DNA of 62,259 bases, taken from Microlunatus sp. Lineage in GTDB: Bacteria > Actinomycetota > Actinomycetes > Propionibacteriales > Propionibacteriaceae. Of this stretch, positions 56,858 through 62,259 are shown one piece after another. The position numbers and the translations under genes are program-made. Position 1 is the stretch's first letter. Each line of letters opens with the position of its first letter. Below the pieces are notes generated by a model, which was not told where the DNA came from, ran no database searches, and was given only the letters and a program-made list of their open reading frames with translations. The stretch lies in the NCBI GenBank assembly GCA_030452945.1, contig JAKDLH010000001.1, forward strand, positions 1 through 62,259, in the 5' to 3' direction.

Positions 56858-59236
56858 GTGACCAAGCGGGACCGCCGGGAGATCGAGCCGATGGACGACG
56901 TGCGCATCGGTCCACAAGCCGAGGATTCCGCCGGGTTGAAGGGGGTCACGGTCGCGTTGCGCCGGTCGTTGAAGGAGATGGGCCCGCGGCGTACGGCCAA
57001 GACGTTGACCAAGCTCAACCAGGTCGAGGGCTTCGACTGCCCCAGCTGTGCATGGCCTGATCCGGACGCCGGCCACCGGCACGCCGCGGAGTTCTGCGAG
57101 AACGGGGCCAAGGCGGTTTCGGAGGAGGCCACCAAGACCCGAGCGACGCCGGAGTTCTTCGCCCAGCACAGCATCGCCGAACTCGACAGCCAGACCGAGC
57201 ACTGGCTGGGTCAGCAGGGCCGGATCACCCACCCGATGGTGAAGCGGCCGGGCGCGACCCATTACGCCCCCATCTCCTGGGACGAGGCCTTCGACCTCAT
57301 CGCGGCTGAGCTCGGCGCACTCGCCAGCCCCGACGAAGCCGTCTTCTACACCTCGGGACGGACGTCCAACGAGGCCGCCTTCGCCTACCAGCTTTTCGTC
57401 CGGGCGTACGGGAGCAACAACCTGCCGGACTGCTCGAACATGTGTCATGAATCGACCTCGGTCGCGTTGGCCGAGACGATTGGGATCGGCAAGGCCAGCG
57501 TCAGTCTCGATGATGTGCACGGTGCCGAGCTGTTGGTGCTGGCGGGCCAGAACCCGGGGACCAACCACCCACGGATGCTGTCGGCCCTGGAGGAAGCGAA
57601 GGACCGCGGCGCGATGATCATGGCGATCAATCCGCTCCGCGAGCCGGGGATGGTCAACTTCCGCAATCCGCAACGGCCCCGCGGGATTGTCGGTAAGGGG
57701 ACCGACCTGGCCGACCTGTACCTGCCGGTCAAGATCAACGGTGATCTGGCCCTGTTCCAGGCCATCGGCTCGCTGCTGGTCGAGTGGGACACCATCGACC
57801 ACGACTTCATCGACCGCTACACCCACGGGTTCGAGGCCTGGCGCGACCACGTGCGCGACCTCGACTGGGACCAGGTCGAGCGGTCCACCGGGCTGAGCCG
57901 GGCGCAGATCACCGAGGCGGCGCGGATGATCGCCAACTCCTCGGCCACCGTCTACTGCTGGGCGATGGGACTGACCCAGCACCGCAACTCGGTGGCCACG
58001 ATCTCCGAGATCGCCAACGTCGCCTTCCTGCAGGGCAACATCGGCAAGCCGAACGCCGGCCTGCTGCCGGTTCGGGGCCACTCCAACGTCCAGGGCGACC
58101 GGACGATGGGGATCTGGGAGCGGGTGCCCGACCACTTCCTCGACTCCCTGCAGGCTGAGTTCGGGTTCGAGCCGCCGCGCAAGCACGGCTACGACACCGT
58201 GGCCGCGATCCGAGCCCTGCGGGACGGGCACGCGCACGTCTTCTTCGGTCTGGGCGGCAACTTCGTGCTGGCCGCGCCTGATACCGAGGTGACCGCCGAG
58301 GCTCTGCGCCGGGCCCGGCTGACGGTGCAGGTCTCTACCAAGATCAACCGGTCGCACCTGGTCTGCGGCGACACCGCGCTGATCCTGCCCACCCTGGGCC
58401 GGACCGAGATCGACCGGCAGGCAAGCGGCGAGCAGTTCGTCTCGGTCGAGGACTCCACCTGCTCGGTGCATGCATCTCGCGGACCACTGGAACCGGCGAG
58501 TGAGCAGTTGCGGTCCGAGGTCGCGATCGTCACCGAGCTGGCCGAACGCACGCTGGGGAATCGGCACCAGATCGCCTGGCGTGAGATGCGCGACGACTAC
58601 CGGGTGATCCGGACCCACATCTCCCGGGTGGTGCCGGGCTTTGAGTCCTACGAGGTGTCGGTCGCCCGACCCGGAGGGTTTGTCTTGCCGCACCCGCCGC
58701 GCGATAGTCGCACCTTCCCGACGTCGTCGGGACGGGCCGAGTTCACGGTGTCACCGCTGGAGCTGCTGCAGGTCGCGCAGGATCAGCTGGTCTTGCAGAC
58801 GCTGCGCAGCCACGACCAGTTCAACACCACGATCTACGGCTTGGACGACCGCTACCGAGGCATCCTCGGCGGTCGCCGGGTGGTGTTCGTCAACCCCGAC
58901 GATCTAACCGCGCTGTCGCTGACCAACAACCAGCAGGTTGATCTGATCGGGCACTGGCCCGGTGACGACATCGAGCGACGGGCCAGCGGGTTCCGGATCG
59001 TGGCCTACGACACCCCGCGCGGTTGCGCCGCGGCGTACTATCCCGAAACGAATGCGCTGGTGCCGCTGGACTCCACCGCCGCAGGCAGCAACACCCCCAC
59101 CTCCAAATCGGTGATCATCTCGATCGTCCCGGCCGGGACTCCTTGGTCGGAGCCGAAGTCGGGGTCGCAGCAGATGGACGCGACCCGATCCGACGAGGGG
59201 CACAAGAGCCGACCGGAGCCGATCCACCTGTCTTGA
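56858..59236 (+). CDS. FdhF/YdeP-family molybdopterin oxidoreductase
   Basis: GFDCPSCAWPD, EFCENGAKA, NNLPDCSNMCHE, RGHSNVQG, RSHDQFNTT. Confidence 0.93.
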   Translation: MTKRDRREIEPMDDVRIGPQAEDSAGLKGVTVALRRSLKEMGPRRTAKTLTKLNQVEGFDCPSCAWPDPDAGHRHAAEFCENGAKAVSEEATKTRATPEFFAQHSIAELDSQTEHWLGQQGRITHPMVKRPGATHYAPISWDEAFDLIAAELGALASPDEAVFYTSGRTSNEAAFAYQLFVRAYGSNNLPDCSNMCHESTSVALAETIGIGKASVSLDDVHGAELLVLAGQNPGTNHPRMLSALEEAKDRGAMIMAINPLREPGMVNFRNPQRPRGIVGKGTDLADLYLPVKINGDLALFQAIGSLLVEWDTIDHDFIDRYTHGFEAWRDHVRDLDWDQVERSTGLSRAQITEAARMIANSSATVYCWAMGLTQHRNSVATISEIANVAFLQGNIGKPNAGLLPVRGHSNVQGDRTMGIWERVPDHFLDSLQAEFGFEPPRKHGYDTVAAIRALRDGHAHVFFGLGGNFVLAAPDTEVTAEALRRARLTVQVSTKINRSHLVCGDTALILPTLGRTEIDRQASGEQFVSVEDSTCSVHASRGPLEPASEQLRSEVAIVTELAERTLGNRHQIAWREMRDDYRVIRTHISRVVPGFESYEVSVARPGGFVLPHPPRDSRTFPTSSGRAEFTVSPLELLQVAQDQLVLQTLRSHDQFNTTIYGLDDRYRGILGGRRVVFVNPDDLTALSLTNNQQVDLIGHWPGDDIERRASGFRIVAYDTPRGCAAAYYPETNALVPLDSTAAGSNTPTSKSVIISIVPAGTPWSEPKSGSQQMDATRSDEGHKSRPEPIHLS

Positions 59237-59360
59237 GGATGCGAGTCGGCCAGGCGGATCACCGATGGGCTGGACAGACAGGATTCGTCCTGGTCGCTGG
59301 CCGAGGGCGGCGTTGTGGCCGAGCGACTGGTGGACGGTGGCGGGCGCTAACGTCGTGACC

Positions 59361-59909
59361 ATGACTGACATCGACGCCACGCGAAAGATCTTGACCGACG
59401 CCTTCGGCCGAGTTCGAGAGGGTGTGGCCGAGCTGACCGACGGACTGAGCGACGAGACCGTCGGGTGGCAGCCCCTCCCGGGAGCCAACTCGATCGCCTG
59501 GCTGCTCTGGCATCTCAGCCGGGTGCAGGACGACCACCTGGCCGACGCCGCCGGTACCGACCAGATCTGGCTGCGCTATCGCGACGAGTTCGCCCTGCCA
59601 CTGGAGGCTGACGACACCGGCTTCGGGCACTCCGCCGAGCAGGTGGCTCGGGTCCGGGTCCCGGCCGATCTGCTGGCTCGTTACCACGCCGATGTGCACA
59701 CCGCCACGATCGCCTACCTGGATCAGCTGACCACGAAGGAGCTGGATCGGGTCATCGACCGCCATTGGGATCCGCCGGTGACCGTGGCGGTGCGGCTGGT
59801 CAGTGTGATCGACGACTGTGCCAAGCATCTGGGTCAGGCCGAGTACGTGCGCGGGCTCGCCGTCCGGCGGAACGGTGGCTCGACCTCTCCAGAGGGAATC
59901 GGCCGGTGA
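59361..59909 (+). CDS. DinB-like / mycothiol transferase family protein
   Basis: NSIAWLLWHLSRVQD, WDPPVT, HLGQ. Confidence 0.85.
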   Translation: MTDIDATRKILTDAFGRVREGVAELTDGLSDETVGWQPLPGANSIAWLLWHLSRVQDDHLADAAGTDQIWLRYRDEFALPLEADDTGFGHSAEQVARVRVPADLLARYHADVHTATIAYLDQLTTKELDRVIDRHWDPPVTVAVRLVSVIDDCAKHLGQAEYVRGLAVRRNGGSTSPEGIGR

Positions 59910-60670
59910 GCGGACCCGCGTCGGATCAGACGTCGGCGACCGAGCACCGCTTCTACGGTGATTTCGCGCCCTGGTGGCCGTTGATCTCCCCGCCCGAGGA
60001 GTACGCCGAGGAGGCGAGCTTCGCCGCGACGCTGTTGGCCGCGGGCGGTGCGACCAGCACCGTGTTGGAGCTGGGCAGCGGCGGTGGGCATCTCGCCTCG
60101 CACCTGGCCGATCGTTTCGAACTGACGCTGGTGGACCTGTCCGAGCCGATGCTTACCGTCTCCCGAGCGCTCAATCCGAGGGCGACCCACCACCAGGGCG
60201 ACATGAGAACCGTCCGGCTCGACCAGCAGTTCGACGCGGTGTTCATTCACGACGCGATCGACTACATGACCACCGAGGACGATCTACGGCTGGCGATCGA
60301 GACCGCGTACGCGCACTGCCGGCCGGGCGGCATCGCCGTGCTGGTGCCCGACGACGTGACCGAGAGCTTCGTCGAACGCACCATCTACGGTGGCTCTGAT
60401 GCTCTTGACGGGCGAGCCGCGCGGTATCTGGAGTGGTCATGGGACCCTGACCCGCACGACTCGTGGACGATCACGATCTACACCTTCGTGCTCCGTGAGG
60501 CCAACGGCGCGGTCGAGACCTCGCACGAGACGCACCGCTTCGGATTGTTCTCCCGCGACGTCTGGCTCGCGCTGCTGAGTGAGACGGGCTTCAGCGCCAG
60601 CGCGCACGCTGAACTTCCCACCGGCGAAGACCATCCCCGGACCTGGTTCGTGGGCCGCCGAGACCGGTGA
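59906..60670 (+). CDS. Class I SAM-dependent methyltransferase
   Basis: LELGSGGG, GDMR, HDAIDYM. Confidence 0.88.
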   Translation: MSGPASDQTSATEHRFYGDFAPWWPLISPPEEYAEEASFAATLLAAGGATSTVLELGSGGGHLASHLADRFELTLVDLSEPMLTVSRALNPRATHHQGDMRTVRLDQQFDAVFIHDAIDYMTTEDDLRLAIETAYAHCRPGGIAVLVPDDVTESFVERTIYGGSDALDGRAARYLEWSWDPDPHDSWTITIYTFVLREANGAVETSHETHRFGLFSRDVWLALLSETGFSASAHAELPTGEDHPRTWFVGRRDR

Positions 60671-60700
60671 TAGGTGGACTACCGTGAATGAAGTCTGCAC

Positions 60701-62259
60701 ATGGTCCCGGATGGAGAGGCTGCAACCACGTTGAACGAGCGAGCCGAGAGGTCCATCAGGAGCGCCGATGCCGAGAACACCCGGCCGCCTCGACCGCCGA
60801 GCGTCTCCGCTGACGCGAACGAGGATGACCCGAACCCGCCCGAAACCAGCGAGTTCAGCCGCCCCGAGCAGTTTTACCCGGCTCGGCCGCGACGGTTGCG
60901 GCCGCGGGCCAGGCTCCGCCTCTTCGCCCGTCGCCCGAAGGAGCAGATCGGCAAGCCGAGCGGGGACAACGAGCACTTCGTGTCCTGGCTCACCGACCAG
61001 TCGATGCTGGCCGACGCGACGGAGTTCGCTCGCAAGTTCTCCGGCCTGGGCAGCATGTGGCAGAACCCGTTCGCCGATCCGGACCCCCGGGCAGCGATCG
61101 AAAAGACGTCGGTGTGGTTCACCGCGTACCCGATTTCCATGATCACCAAGCCGGGTACGTCCTTCTTGGGATCACTCGGCGATCCGGACCTGTGGAAGAC
61201 GTTCCAGGCGATCGGGATCGACGGGCTGCACACGGGACCGGTGAAGCAGGCCGGCGGTCTCGACGGCTGGGACGCCACCCCCAGCGTGGACGGTCACTTC
61301 GACCGGATCAGCACCCAGATCGACGCCAGCTTCGGGACCGAGGAGGAATACCGGTCCATGTGCGAGGTCGCGGCGGCGCACGACGGCACCGTGATCGACG
61401 ACATCGTCCCGGGTCACACCGGCAAGGGGGCCGACTTCCGGCTGGCCGAGATGGGGGTCGGGGACTATCCCGGCATTTACCACATGGTCTATATCCCGGC
61501 CGAGGACTGGGACCTGCTGCCGCGGGTGCCGCGCGGGCGGGACTCGGTCAACCTGAACGCCGAGGCCGAGGACCGGCTGCAGAAGGCGGGCTACATCGTC
61601 GGCCGCCTGCAGCGGGTGATCTTCTATGAGGCCGGGCTCAAGGACACCAACTGGAGCGCCACCGCTCCGGTCCTTGGGCCCGACGGGGTGGAGCGCCGCT
61701 GGGTCTACCTGCACTACTTCAAGGAGGGCCAGCCGTCGATCAACTGGCTCGATCCCTCGTTCGCCGGGATGAGACTGGTGATCGGGGACGCACTGCACTC
61801 CCTGGGCGATCTCGGCAGCGGCGCCCTGCGGCTGGACGCTAACGGATTCCTCGGGGTGGAACGCAACACCGACGACTCTCCGGCCTGGTCGGAGGGTCAT
61901 CCACTGTCGGAGGCGGCCAACCAGCTGATCGCGAGCATGGTGCGCAAGGTGGGCGGCTTCACGTTCCAGGAGCTCAACCTCTCCATCGACGACATCGCGC
62001 AGAGCTCGGCTCGGGGAGCCGACCTGTCCTACGACTTCGTCACCCGGCCCGCCTACCACCACGCGATGGCCACCGGGGACACCGATTTCCTCCGGCTCAC
62101 CATGCGGCTGGCCACCGACCTCGGCGTGGAGCCGGTGGCCTTGGTGCACGCGTTGCAGAACCACGACGAGATGACGTACGAGCTCGTGCACTTCGCTGCC
62201 GTGCATCGCGACGACAGGTTCAGCTTCCGGGGCGAGGAAATGTACGGCGATGATCTCGC
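60701..62259 (+). CDS. treS: Maltose alpha-D-glucosyltransferase / trehalose synthase (GH13); 3' end outside the window, start uncertain (60674/60701/60731)
   Basis: Absent from the ORF track because it has no stop in the window. [40 protein letters not shown]. Confidence 0.85.
   Translation, partial: MVPDGEAATTLNERAERSIRSADAENTRPPRPPSVSADANEDDPNPPETSEFSRPEQFYPARPRRLRPRARLRLFARRPKEQIGKPSGDNEHFVSWLTDQSMLADATEFARKFSGLGSMWQNPFADPDPRAAIEKTSVWFTAYPISMITKPGTSFLGSLGDPDLWKTFQAIGIDGLHTGPVKQAGGLDGWDATPSVDGHFDRISTQIDASFGTEEEYRSMCEVAAAHDGTVIDDIVPGHTGKGADFRLAEMGVGDYPGIYHMVYIPAEDWDLLPRVPRGRDSVNLNAEAEDRLQKAGYIVGRLQRVIFYEAGLKDTNWSATAPVLGPDGVERRWVYLHYFKEGQPSINWLDPSFAGMRLVIGDALHSLGDLGSGALRLDANGFLGVERNTDDSPAWSEGHPLSEAANQLIASMVRKVGGFTFQELNLSIDDIAQSSARGADLSYDFVTRPAYHHAMATGDTDFLRLTMRLATDLGVEPVALVHALQNHDEMTYELVHFAAVHRDDRFSFRGEEMYGDDL

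Overview
High-GC actinobacterial chromosomal segment; the gene content suggests a non-Streptomyces actinomycete, but the taxon cannot be fixed from sequence alone. Positions 1-19.9 kb hold a near-complete contractile injection system (eCIS/CIS, phage-tail-like): sheath, two tubes, LysM/tube initiator, VgrG-like spike, PAAR, gp25, baseplate, P2 gpI-like protein, AAA+ ATPase, DUF4255, DUF4157, two membrane-anchored proteins, a LuxR regulator and a degenerate Hsp70-like gene running off the left edge. Two signals not visible in the ORF track stand out. (1) An apparent programmed -1 ribosomal frameshift (G GGG GAA followed by a 10-bp stem-loop) fuses a tail-assembly-chaperone-like ORF to a DUF6760-like ORF that has no start codon, as in phage G/GT pairs. 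(2) A 27-bp motif, GGGCA-N8-TGCCC-N4-GGGCA, sits upstream of four CIS transcription units. The remainder contains cobN/cobF/cobQ, an amino-acid ABC transporter, a GT2-DUF2064-methyltransferase-molybdoenzyme operon, a decaying island (39-45 kb: pseudogenes, DUF222-HNH, Tn3 remnant, TetR plus TetX-like monooxygenase), pdhABC-like genes, an acyl-CoA dehydrogenase, a sodium:solute symporter, FdhF/YdeP and a partial treS. Family assignments are made by motif recognition, not database search.
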